Of a DNA stretch of 35,386 nucleotides, positions 8,922 to 17,461 are shown in pieces. The DNA comes from Bdellovibrionia bacterium. Lineage in GTDB: Bacteria > Bdellovibrionota > UBA1018. The stretch's first letter is position 1; each line of letters opens with the position of its first letter. The stretch is from positions 1-35,386 of the forward strand of contig JBMSSC010000012.1 in NCBI GenBank assembly GCA_049424145.1, written 5' to 3'. The position numbers were made by a program, and so were the translations under genes. The notes under the pieces were generated by a model. The model made no database searches. It had not been told where the DNA came from and saw only the letters and a list, made by a program, of their open reading frames with translations.

Positions 8922-11900
8922 TCAGCGAGTACAGCAGCGGTACCGAGCCGTATTAGTCTGGATATCCATCCCAAGGTTCCAGCACCCGGTTCCTGAACTT
9001 GCTCGGGTAGCTGTATTATTATATTGCCCATAAGGGTCTGCCACCCACTCTTCTGCTCCCGATCGAACAAAAGTTCCCCCGAGCTTGTCGCACGCAAAGG
9101 TCCATTCTGCATAATTACAGAGCCAGTACCCTGCATTAAAGCAACCTCGTATTGCGTTGTAATGATTCGCAGCCGTTCTCGCAGTTGTATCGATACAGTA
9201 TTTTGATCGTCCAGTTCCCACAAATACCATACCTGTAGGACAAGAGCTTAAATCGTTGGATATTGTTTGCCAAGCCGTTGAATTATAGTACTTATAAACA
9301 TTGTTAGTTGAGTCATAGTACAGCTCTCCCCCCACACCGCCGACTGTTGGGCCTCGAAATATTGCCGAACCCGAGACATCTAATTTCAAAGCTGGAGCCT
9401 GGGTCCCAATTCCAATTCGATCATTTGAGGCCACGAACTGGTCCGTGCCAATCATCAAGCCATTGCTTGGAAGGAATAAGCTTCCACTCATCGTATCACC
9501 TGATTTTAAGAGATTCAAAGAGGCACTTCCTGTAACATTGCCTGTGAGATTTCCTGTGAGGTTTCCTGTGACATCTCCCGCAAGATTTCCTGTGACGTTG
9601 CCGACCACATTTCCAGATAAGGTTGCTGTGATGGTTCCTGCGCTCAAGTTTCCAGTGGAATCTCGTCTGACTAGCGTATCAGGTGTATTAGACGACGTTG
9701 CAGCAGATACGATCGCAGTGGCTCCAGCAATTGCAGAACTACTTACTCCCCCCACTGAGTTGACCATGGCTGATGCCGTATCTGGACCTAAAGCAGAGAC
9801 ATCTCCCGATAGCCCGCTGATGTAATTTCCCAAAGATTGCTTTCCTGCTAGCCCAGTATCTACGTACTGCTTGCTAGCAGCATTTAAACCAGAGGTTGGG
9901 TTTTCTGCTAGGGTCAAAGGACCCGTCATCGTATCGCCTGATTTTAAGAGATTCAAAGAGGCACTTCCTGTCACGTTTCCGGTGAGATTTCCTGTGACGT
10001 TGCCGACTACATTTCCAGTTAAATTTGCTGTGATGGCTCCAGCGCTGAAGTTTCCAGAGGCATCTCTTTTTACCAGAGTGCTGGGAGTGTTAGACGCGGT
10101 TGCAGCGGATACGATCCCAGTGGCCCCAGCAATTGCGGAACTACTCACTCCCCCTACTGAGTTGACCGTGGCTGATGCCGTATCAGGACCTAAAGCAGAG
10201 ACATCTCCCGATAAGCCGCTGATGTAATTTCCCAAAGATTGCTTTCCTGCTAGCCCAGTATCCACGTACTGCTTGTTCACAGCTTGTAGGGGTTCTGTCG
10301 GAGAAGTGGGCGTAAGTAACAAGTCTCCAGTCATGGAACCACCGGCAAGATTTAATGGGATGTAGCCTAGGGCGGATTGTTTATTGGAGAAACTCACATA
10401 ATCGGCATTGGATAAAAGTCCTGCAGTGACGGATGCGCTTTGATTTGCCAGAGGAATATTAAGCGTATGAGTGGATCCTGAGGAGTTCCAATTGGGAGAG
10501 TTTCCAGAGATCCCATTGGCGAGGGACTGAGTATTTGTGGTTAAACCGTTGATGGATTGAACTCCTGCTCCAGAAATTCCAAGAGTCTGAATTGCATTTC
10601 CATTCCAGTATTTAATTGTGTTTGAGTCTACGTTGTACCAAGTCGTTCCTTCATCGGATGTAGATAAGCTCGCTGAAAGGGTTACTTCCTGTGCGTCTGA
10701 GTATTGTCCTAAACCGAAGGTGGAGTTCCCTGAGAGGATCAAAGATCCACTCATCGTATCACCGACGCGATTGACGGGAACAAAGCCTAAGCTCGCCTGT
10801 TTGGTCAGTAGCCCTAAGTCGACATAGCCTTTGGTTGCAGCTCCAAGAGGAGCTTGAGGATCCCCAGAGAGGACCAACAACCCGCTCATGGTGTCGCCCG
10901 ATTTAAGAACGTTCATGGATGCGCTTCCAGTCACATTTCCTGTGAGGTTGCCTACGACGTTTCCACTCAATTGCGCGGTGATGGTGGCGGCACTGAAATT
11001 TCCTGCAGGGTCTCGCTTGACCAGAGTATCTGCCGTACTGCTCGAGGTAGCACCTGCAACACTGGTAGCTGCAGACGCGATTTGCCCGCTGGCGACGCCC
11101 CCGACTGAGTTTACGGCTGCTGAAACGGAGCCAGGCCCCGAGGCCGTCACATCCCCTGAAAGCGCAGTCAGGAAACTTCCCGAATCTTGCTTGCCTGCTA
11201 ACGCAGTCAGAACAAACTGTCGAGTAGCTGCTCCTAGGCTCTCTGTGGGATCTGCATTTAAGATTAACGACCCTGTGATCGTATCACCGCTTTTTCTCAG
11301 AGGAGTGTAAGTTAAGGCTTCCGTCACATCCGAGCCCAGTAAACTAATGGATCCTGTTCGGGAATTAAATGAATTCACAGCACCGATACCGCCTAGGCTC
11401 GCAGTAATCTGCGTATCGACATAATTTTTTGTCGCAGCTTGGGTTGCTTGCGAAGGATTCCCAGGTAACGTGAGGTGGCCCGAAGCATCAAAATAAGACA
11501 GAGTGTTACCCGAGGAGTCTTGAAGCTTGAGCAAGGGAGCAACTTGAGACGTGCTTCCTTGGATGACTTGCCCTGTGACCGAAGGAGACGAGGCGATCAC
11601 CTCCAGTTGAGCTTCTGGAGAGAGACTGCCAAGACCCAGTTTTCCTAGAGCGGAAAGAACCATCTTTGTCACTGAGGGCTGATCGGAGGACCCGGAGCTG
11701 CCGCCTTGAGCGGTTTGAAATTCAATCTGACTACCGGCATTTCCCGTTGCTGTGCCTGAGGAGAGGATCAGATTGCCTCCCGATTGATTGGTGGATCCGC
11801 TGGAGGCGCCACCTGCAGATAAGGCCAGCGAACTGCCTGAAGATCCTATCGTCGGATTTCTTTGAACTTCAATGGATCGATTCACCGATCCCCCGAAGCT

Positions 11901-12692
11901 GATGGCAGATGTCGGAAGCGAGGTCCCCACCCCAAGGCTTCCCACGGTAAAAGCAGTGGATCCTGAATTCAGATCAATGGAGGATCCTCGTTTGATGTAA
12001 AGGGAGTCATGATGGTGAAGGGCAGAGGCATCTTCGAAGCTCGTGAGCACTGAAAGTGTGCTGAGTGAGACGTTGCCTTGACCTGTTGCTCCTGAAGCGG
12101 AGCGGAGGAATTCCTGAGGTTCAAATCCCTGTAGGCTTTGAGCGACTAAGGCTGACGGTTGAGAGCCGATCACAAGGTCAGGCACCAAAGTGGAGGGAAT
12201 ACCTGTTGAATCGGGAGTCACAGTGACTCGAAGCTTTCTTGAATCCCCGCTGCTCGGCGTGTAGCCCGAGGGGCACGTGGGTCGGGCAGCATGAGCCAGA
12301 GAGGATTGATTTGAAAATACATTTTTCATACTCAATCCGGGATCGTTGGTCGTTCTTCGTCCCGGGTTTGTGGTGGACCCCACTCGAACGGCGAATACAC
12401 CAGCGGTATTGACCAAATCAACATTGCTTTGGACTTCTTCGTAAAGCAGACAAGTTCCACTGGGATCATAGATGGAAAACTTAAAATTCACTATGTCCAT
12501 TACAGGTGCAGTTCCTGCAGCATTAAATAACTTTCCTTGATAGGTAAAAGAAGGTGAAATCTCTGCTGAGAGAGCAGAGTGGGCTAAAAACAGGCTGATC
12601 GTGACTGTGCCTTCTAGAGCAAAGACGAGAGAACTGAGCTTTTTAGCCCCTCCTCTTTTTTCCTTTCGACAGATCAGTTTCCATGTTTTCAC
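8922..12692 (-). CDS. Large secreted fibre adhesin (Bdellovibrio MAT / phage-tail-fibre-like) with C-terminal FGE/C-type-lectin-like domain
   Basis: Signal peptide ending ALSA; N-domain FTYQGKL...FSIYDPSGTCLLYEE...GVFAVRVG; repeated KxGDTM(T/S)GxL...AATKxYVD, GDV(S/T)A and GNxT fibre motifs; IGIGTQAPALKLDVSG; tip CPTGMVFV..YCID..LCNYAEW..AC..EEWV..YRCC. Probable start GTG12692 (ORF track gives 12740). Confidence 0.85.
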   Translation of the reverse strand: MKTWKLICRKEKRGGAKKLSSLVFALEGTVTISLFLAHSALSAEISPSFTYQGKLFNAAGTAPVMDIVNFKFSIYDPSGTCLLYEEVQSNVDLVNTAGVFAVRVGSTTNPGRRTTNDPGLSMKNVFSNQSSLAHAARPTCPSGYTPSSGDSRKLRVTVTPDSTGIPSTLVPDLVIGSQPSALVAQSLQGFEPQEFLRSASGATGQGNVSLSTLSVLTSFEDASALHHHDSLYIKRGSSIDLNSGSTAFTVGSLGVGTSLPTSAISFGGSVNRSIEVQRNPTIGSSGSSLALSAGGASSGSTNQSGGNLILSSGTATGNAGSQIEFQTAQGGSSGSSDQPSVTKMVLSALGKLGLGSLSPEAQLEVIASSPSVTGQVIQGSTSQVAPLLKLQDSSGNTLSYFDASGHLTLPGNPSQATQAATKNYVDTQITASLGGIGAVNSFNSRTGSISLLGSDVTEALTYTPLRKSGDTITGSLILNADPTESLGAATRQFVLTALAGKQDSGSFLTALSGDVTASGPGSVSAAVNSVGGVASGQIASAATSVAGATSSSTADTLVKRDPAGNFSAATITAQLSGNVVGNLTGNVTGSASMNVLKSGDTMSGLLVLSGDPQAPLGAATKGYVDLGLLTKQASLGFVPVNRVGDTMSGSLILSGNSTFGLGQYSDAQEVTLSASLSTSDEGTTWYNVDSNTIKYWNGNAIQTLGISGAGVQSINGLTTNTQSLANGISGNSPNWNSSGSTHTLNIPLANQSASVTAGLLSNADYVSFSNKQSALGYIPLNLAGGSMTGDLLLTPTSPTEPLQAVNKQYVDTGLAGKQSLGNYISGLSGDVSALGPDTASATVNSVGGVSSSAIAGATGIVSAATASNTPSTLVKRDASGNFSAGAITANLTGNVVGNVTGNLTGNVTGSASLNLLKSGDTMTGPLTLAENPTSGLNAASKQYVDTGLAGKQSLGNYISGLSGDVSALGPDTASAMVNSVGGVSSSAIAGATAIVSAATSSNTPDTLVRRDSTGNLSAGTITATLSGNVVGNVTGNLAGDVTGNLTGNLTGNVTGSASLNLLKSGDTMSGSLFLPSNGLMIGTDQFVASNDRIGIGTQAPALKLDVSGSAIFRGPTVGGVGGELYYDSTNNVYKYYNSTAWQTISNDLSSCPTGMVFVGTGRSKYCIDTTARTAANHYNAIRGCFNAGYWLCNYAEWTFACDKLGGTFVRSGAEEWVADPYGQYNNTATRASSGTGCWNLGMDIQTNTARYRCCTR
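9488..11223 (-). repeat. Three copies of a ~340-390 bp module within the fibre gene
   Basis: Copies at 9488-9873 and 9926-10275 are highly similar at DNA level; 10886-11223 is more diverged. They differ in length by whole 12-bp GNxT units. Confidence 0.9.
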
Positions 12693-12753
12693 AACATACA
12701 CCTTTTTCCGGAAAGCACGCCAAAAGGACTTGCTCTCCAATTTTTTAACGGAA

Positions 12754-12780
12754 CATTCGGCCTTAAATATTAAATTTAAA
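12754..12780 (-). promoter_or_regulatory. Possible sigma28 (FliA)-like promoter of the fibre gene
   Basis: Minus strand TTTA-N15-GCCGAATG in an AT-rich region; imperfect match to TAAA-N15-GCCGATAA. Confidence 0.35.
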
Positions 12781-12952
12781 TGGAATTCTTAGAGCCATTT
12801 TCTAATTTTATAGTATCAGACTTAAAAGATCAACTAAAGAGCCCCTCTCCTGGAGAAGAGCATGGATGAGCGTTGTAAGTAGCGATTAATATGAGGAAAT
12901 GATTGAGGTCTTGACGGGAGTGTTATCTTTCACTGGGGGCCGAGTTGTGTGC

Positions 12953-12992
12953 ACTCGCCCCTTGAAATGAGTTGAGTCTTCAAGGGGCGAGT
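12953..12992. terminator. 14-bp perfect inverted repeat downstream of the receiver gene
   Basis: ACTCGCCCCTTGAA-N12-TTCAAGGGGCGAGT, about 35 nt past the stop of 13026..13562. Confidence 0.55.
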
Positions 12993-13025
12993 TGAGAGGG
13001 GTAGGCCAAGGCTTGGAGAGCCGTC

Positions 13026-13562
13026 TTAGTGTGGATTTAATTCTGAAGGTCGTTGTTTCGATTCGCGATGGCGGTAGTTTAAGATGCCTTCAAAAATCTG
13101 TTTACATTCTCCAAGCGAGAAGGGTTTGGCAAGAAAAGGTGGACTGACGGTGTTTCGCCCCAAGGAGGAAAAAAACTGATCCACCGGCATCCCTGAGGTG
13201 ATGATGACGGGAGTCCCTGGATAGAGCTTCTGGCAAGTGTGCCAGAAATCAAGTCCGGTGGACTCTCCTTCTAAAAAGATATCAGCAATGATGAGGTCAT
13301 AGCCGCAAGAGGGTTTCTCGGAGACTTCAGGGCAGAGGCCTGCTTGCGAGGTCACGGTGGGATGAGTTTTTCTGAGATGATCAATGGCTTCATCCACGCT
13401 GCAAGCCACGCTTAAGCCCACCTGGGGCCCAATGGATTCTAAGACGCGTCGAAAGACGGGGATTAAGTCGCGATCGTCTTCTAAGATAAAGACGTTTAAT
13501 GGGGGCTGTTGGATGGATGGGGATCGAGTACTCGGGTTGGGGTTGGACTGAGTTTGAGCCAT
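13026..13562 (-). CDS. Single-domain response regulator (receiver only)
   Basis: VFILEDD, DLIIADIFL (phosphoacceptor Asp), IITSG and FLAKPF. SD AGGAGG upstream. Confidence 0.9.
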   Translation of the reverse strand: MAQTQSNPNPSTRSPSIQQPPLNVFILEDDRDLIPVFRRVLESIGPQVGLSVACSVDEAIDHLRKTHPTVTSQAGLCPEVSEKPSCGYDLIIADIFLEGESTGLDFWHTCQKLYPGTPVIITSGMPVDQFFSSLGRNTVSPPFLAKPFSLGECKQIFEGILNYRHRESKQRPSELNPH

Positions 13563-13598
13563 AGGTTCCTCCTGAGGGTTTGAAGAAAAGGACGGAAG

Positions 13599-13614
13599 AG
13601 CAAGTTTGAGGCCA
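13599..13614 (-). promoter_or_regulatory. Sigma54 (-24/-12) promoter of the receiver gene
   Basis: Minus strand TGGCCTCAAACTTGCT = GG-N10-GC, about 37 nt upstream of the ATG. Confidence 0.7.
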
Positions 13615-13909
13615 ATTCGTGGTTAAAAATGGAAAAATTTTAATTCTCTGGGGAGCCTCCGAGACTCAGCAGGAAAAGGGTGAGGACCGAGGACTCCTGC
13701 CCTTAAATCGTCTTGGCTTGAGTGGTTTGAGTGCTTTTGGTCCATATTTGCCTCGGTGCGTGGCAAGTTCGGACCGCTTAGGGGAGCAAAGACGAGGGAG
13801 GGAACCTTTTCGGACGTCAGACCATGGGTCCAAAAACAAGACTGACTCTTTTTTTTCTCTCGCTCTGTCTCTCTGCGATTTGCCCTCACCGTGAGGATGT
13901 CCCTGTGCT

Positions 13910-16684
13910 TTAGGTCAGTGAAACTGAATCTTGAGAATCGCAAATTGGGGGTCTTTTACTGGAGAAACGCTTCTCGCCCACTTCGTCTAAAAAAAGTTTC
14001 ATCTGGTGAGCCACCTGTTCAACGGCGAGCAGGTCCTTCTTTTGAGCCGCAAACTCCAAGGCGCCCCCCAGTCTTCCTAAGGCCTCAAATCCGTAGCTTT
14101 TGGCGTTTCCCTTCAATCGATGACCGATGGTTTCTATCCGTTGAAACTCCTGGGTCTCGATGAATTGTTTGAGATCTTTTAGTTCCTCGTGTCGGTTGAT
14201 TAAATACTGAGGGACCAACTCGGCGAGTTCGTCTTGAATTCTCTGAAGCACGAGAGAGGAGCTTGAGGGTTGAGGCTCGGAGAGTGGGGGCTGGATCGGT
14301 TGAGGGGAATGGACAGAGGATTCTACGGGGCTTGATTCGCAGCTTGAAGCCAGCTCCAGGGGCTGGGTGACCTGAAGGATGGTTTTTCTCAGTCCTGAGG
14401 GACTGATCGGTTTGACCAGGTAGGCTGCGAATTGAGCATGAATGAACTGCTCGGATTGGTACTCATGATCATGTGCGGAGACGGCCACAATCGGTGTGGA
14501 GGGCAAGTTCTCCTGGGACTCCCAGGCACGAATTAAGCGGGAGGCAGTGTACCCATCCATCTCAGGCATTTGCAGATCCATAAGTACAAGGTCAAATCGG
14601 ACCTCTTGAAAGAGGTCCACCGCGGCTTTACCGTTATCGGCATACTCGAGCTTGTAAGGGGTAGCCCCTAGGTAAGCTTTCATGAGGAATTGGTTGTCCT
14701 TCGAGTCGTCGACAATGAGAATTTTAAGCCTCCGCTCGTCTTGAGGGATCTCCTGGGTTTGAGCCTTGGCCTTCTCCATCTCCTTGCTCGAGTCAAACGT
14801 CATTCCTAAGCAGGCCTGTCGAATGGAATCAATCAGAGGGATGGGTTTGACCGGTTTAAAAAGAAAATTCTTAATGCCGTACTCAGCCAGTTTCTCAATG
14901 TCCTCGGCTGAGGCCGTGGTTTTAATCAAAAACACAAAATGACTGAGCTCCAGTTTTTCCCGGCGGTAGCGAGAGAAGAGTGTGTTTAAGGTGTTCCTGG
15001 CGTATTCAAAATCGATAATGACCGCTTCCTTTTTAAGCCCCATCATGTCTTTGTCAGAGAAAAAAGGAGGAAGCTCCTCTTCCTTCTCTAGTCGAACGCA
15101 GTGCCCTCCAGTTTTTTGGATCGTGCTCTGAATCAGATCAAAGATTTGATCATTAGGCTCAATGATCACCGCCTCATAGGGGCCAAACCTCTCGGTGCTT
15201 AAAATCTCATTGAGGTGAGAAAAGCTCTGCTTATCCTGAGGCCCATGAGCCCTCTCAAAAGGAATTGTGAAGAAAAACTTACTACCCACATTTTTCTGGG
15301 TCTCCACTCCCAGGGTTCCACTCATGGCCTTGACCAGTTCCTTGGAAATGCTGAGTCCCAATCCACTGCCCCCAAAGCGCCTGCGCACCGTTGAATCCTC
15401 CTGCACGAAGGGGTTGAAGATTTTCTCCGTCTTTCCCTTTTCAATCCCAATTCCTGTGTCAATGATGGCAAATTCAATCACACACTGGGGATCCTTTTTG
15501 ACTAAACTCACCTGAAGAGTGACGGCCCCTCGTTGGGTGAACTTCACGGCGTTTCCTAAAAGATTCAAGAGCACTTGCTGGATCCGCACGGGATCTCCCA
15601 CCAGGTGGAAGGGCACATCGGTGCCTAGGTTTAAGATCAGCTCAATTCCATTAGCATGAGCTCCAAAAACAGCCAGATCAATGGAGCGCTCCAAAAGCTC
15701 GTAAAGGTGAAAGGGAACCTTTTCAATGGTCGTGCTGCCTGCGGCTAGGCTGGAGAAGTCCAGAAGGTTGTTGAGCATGTCCAGCAGACTGCGACTCGAT
15801 TTTTTTAAAATGGAGAGGTACTTTTTCTGCTGAGGCGTGAGCGGAGTCTCCACGAGAAGGTGTGTCATCCCTAAAATGGAGTTCATGGGGTTTCGGATCT
15901 CGTGCCCCATGTGCCCTAAAAAATCCGAGTGCGTTTGCAGAGCAAAGTAAAGGCGCTCCACCGCAGGACGAAACACATAGAGCCCCTCCAGGATAAGAAG
16001 GATTAATGTGGCTAACAGCAAAATGAGTTCGGTGTTCTTAAACGACGCAATCTGTTGCTTCAATCGCTTCTCGTAGTAATCCAAAAGCTCCTGAAGAGAT
16101 TTTTGATACGTTCGTTCTGACTGGATCAGCTCACTGGCCAGAACCTCAAGCGGACTATCGGCTTCTGAAACCGGTTGTAGGGGGTTGGAGTGCATGAGGG
16201 AGAGAATTCGTCGACACTCAGTCAGGAGGGTGGCCAGTGATAAGAGCGTATTTTGCTGAACGGGAATGAACTCAGGGGGCGTTTCAAATTCTAAGACTTT
16301 CGTATCCCCGACCCAGAGCATCCCATCAATTTTACTCATCTGCTCACACAGGGGCTCCATCAGAGCAACCTGGCGAGTGACTTCATTTTTTTTCGAGGCT
16401 CGCTGAAGGTCGATGCCGATTTTTCGGAGGCTTTCACTGTTGTAAATTTGCTGCTGTAAGAACGCAATTCGCCGTTGGTCCTGCATTTGTTTAGCGAGCG
16501 AGATCTGAATTAACACCTGGCCCAGGACGGCTAAAACCCCTACCGCACTCAGGGCTGAAACGTAACGGATGGTGAGGTTACGGGGGAGGATTCGATCCAA
16601 ACCCTGACGAATGAAGGAGTCCAGGAGACGAAGTTTTCTTTTCAATGGGGTCAGGGGATTAAAGAATACCATACGGAGAGACAT
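13910..16684 (-). CDS. Hybrid sensor histidine kinase (2 TM, HisKA, HATPase, degenerate REC, REC, Hpt)
   Basis: H-box MGHEIRNPM; NLLGNAVKFT, DTGIGI and GGSGLGL; receiver ILIVDD...LMDLQMP...KP; Hpt GHRLKG. Confidence 0.95.
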   Translation of the reverse strand: MSLRMVFFNPLTPLKRKLRLLDSFIRQGLDRILPRNLTIRYVSALSAVGVLAVLGQVLIQISLAKQMQDQRRIAFLQQQIYNSESLRKIGIDLQRASKKNEVTRQVALMEPLCEQMSKIDGMLWVGDTKVLEFETPPEFIPVQQNTLLSLATLLTECRRILSLMHSNPLQPVSEADSPLEVLASELIQSERTYQKSLQELLDYYEKRLKQQIASFKNTELILLLATLILLILEGLYVFRPAVERLYFALQTHSDFLGHMGHEIRNPMNSILGMTHLLVETPLTPQQKKYLSILKKSSRSLLDMLNNLLDFSSLAAGSTTIEKVPFHLYELLERSIDLAVFGAHANGIELILNLGTDVPFHLVGDPVRIQQVLLNLLGNAVKFTQRGAVTLQVSLVKKDPQCVIEFAIIDTGIGIEKGKTEKIFNPFVQEDSTVRRRFGGSGLGLSISKELVKAMSGTLGVETQKNVGSKFFFTIPFERAHGPQDKQSFSHLNEILSTERFGPYEAVIIEPNDQIFDLIQSTIQKTGGHCVRLEKEEELPPFFSDKDMMGLKKEAVIIDFEYARNTLNTLFSRYRREKLELSHFVFLIKTTASAEDIEKLAEYGIKNFLFKPVKPIPLIDSIRQACLGMTFDSSKEMEKAKAQTQEIPQDERRLKILIVDDSKDNQFLMKAYLGATPYKLEYADNGKAAVDLFQEVRFDLVLMDLQMPEMDGYTASRLIRAWESQENLPSTPIVAVSAHDHEYQSEQFIHAQFAAYLVKPISPSGLRKTILQVTQPLELASSCESSPVESSVHSPQPIQPPLSEPQPSSSSLVLQRIQDELAELVPQYLINRHEELKDLKQFIETQEFQRIETIGHRLKGNAKSYGFEALGRLGGALEFAAQKKDLLAVEQVAHQMKLFLDEVGEKRFSSKRPPICDSQDSVSLT

Positions 16685-16705
16685 CTAACGTGTTAAATTC
16701 AGAAA

Positions 16706-17461
16706 ATGAAGCAAGATCTCCATACCCCGATCCATCGTTCCTTTCGAATGACTCGAGCCGACTTTTTCCTCACCCTGGTCCCTGCGCTCTTTTGGTTTCT
16801 TACCATTGAGGCGCGCCCCCTCTGGATCACTCCTCGATGCGCGAGTCAGCCTGAACTTTGCCAAAAACAGAGGATCCCACCGGTGGATCAATTCTCTTTT
16901 GGTTTTGAGAACATGAGCGCCGATGAGCTTTCAACGCTCAGTCAGAATCTGTCAGGAGCCTTGGCCCTGAGTTTGCCTAATCTCTGGACCCTCTCTCAAT
17001 GGGCAATGGCTCGCCTCACTCCGTACGCAGCTTTCATTCAAATTGCTCAGAACCTGGTTTTAATCGTTCAAACCACGGCTTGGAACGGGTTGCTCACGGA
17101 GCTCTCCCATGCGCTCAGTCAAAGGCCTAGGCCTTTTGTTTACCTTCATCCCGAGGAACGAGGGAAGGATCCCTCTCATTATGTCTCGTTCTACTCTGGG
17201 CACACGAGTTTTACGGTGGCCATGGGTGTGGCCACGGTCTTAATTTTTCTCATTCGAGGAGCTCCCTATTTTCTCGTGGTGGGCTCTTTGGTTGGAATGG
17301 AATGTTTAGGTATTTCAACCGCTTACTTGAGGATCTTAGCTGGACGACACTTTTTCTCCGACGTCCTTTTTGGTGCCATGGCGGGCGTTCTTGTCGCAGC
17401 AACCGTCATTGGGCTCCACCGAGCTCAGAGGAAGGCGCTCCTTTCCCCTCACCCCGAATGA
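16706..17461 (+). CDS. PAP2-family membrane phosphatase
   Basis: Motifs H-x6-RP (SHALSQRPRP), SFYSGH and LRILAGRHFFSD. The start may be ATG16748. Confidence 0.85.
   Translation: MKQDLHTPIHRSFRMTRADFFLTLVPALFWFLTIEARPLWITPRCASQPELCQKQRIPPVDQFSFGFENMSADELSTLSQNLSGALALSLPNLWTLSQWAMARLTPYAAFIQIAQNLVLIVQTTAWNGLLTELSHALSQRPRPFVYLHPEERGKDPSHYVSFYSGHTSFTVAMGVATVLIFLIRGAPYFLVVGSLVGMECLGISTAYLRILAGRHFFSDVLFGAMAGVLVAATVIGLHRAQRKALLSPHPE

Noticed and set aside
8922..9060. Diversity-generating retroelement target (CLec tip as variable repeat)
   Set aside because: No reverse transcriptase, avd or adenine-mismatched template repeat was seen in the window. A remote DGR cannot be excluded but there is no support here.
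9488..10275. CRISPR-like or non-coding repeat array
   Set aside because: The repeats are in-frame coding modules with synonymous changes and no unique spacers.
9308..11310. Repetitive + strand ORFs (e.g. 9445..9825, 9871..10227, 10888..11310)
   Set aside because: Antisense shadows of the fibre repeats.
8922..12740. Prophage tail-fibre gene
   Set aside because: It has a signal peptide and a cellular adhesin N-domain, and no other phage genes flank it.
12809..12992. CsrB-like sRNA upstream of the 14-bp hairpin
   Set aside because: Only about four GGA motifs, one good ANGGA and a weak -35 box. The hairpin is explained as the terminator of the receiver gene.
13619..14163. Short ORFs between the receiver and the hybrid kinase
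   Set aside because: No motifs or clear RBS; they overlap regulatory DNA or the kinase gene.
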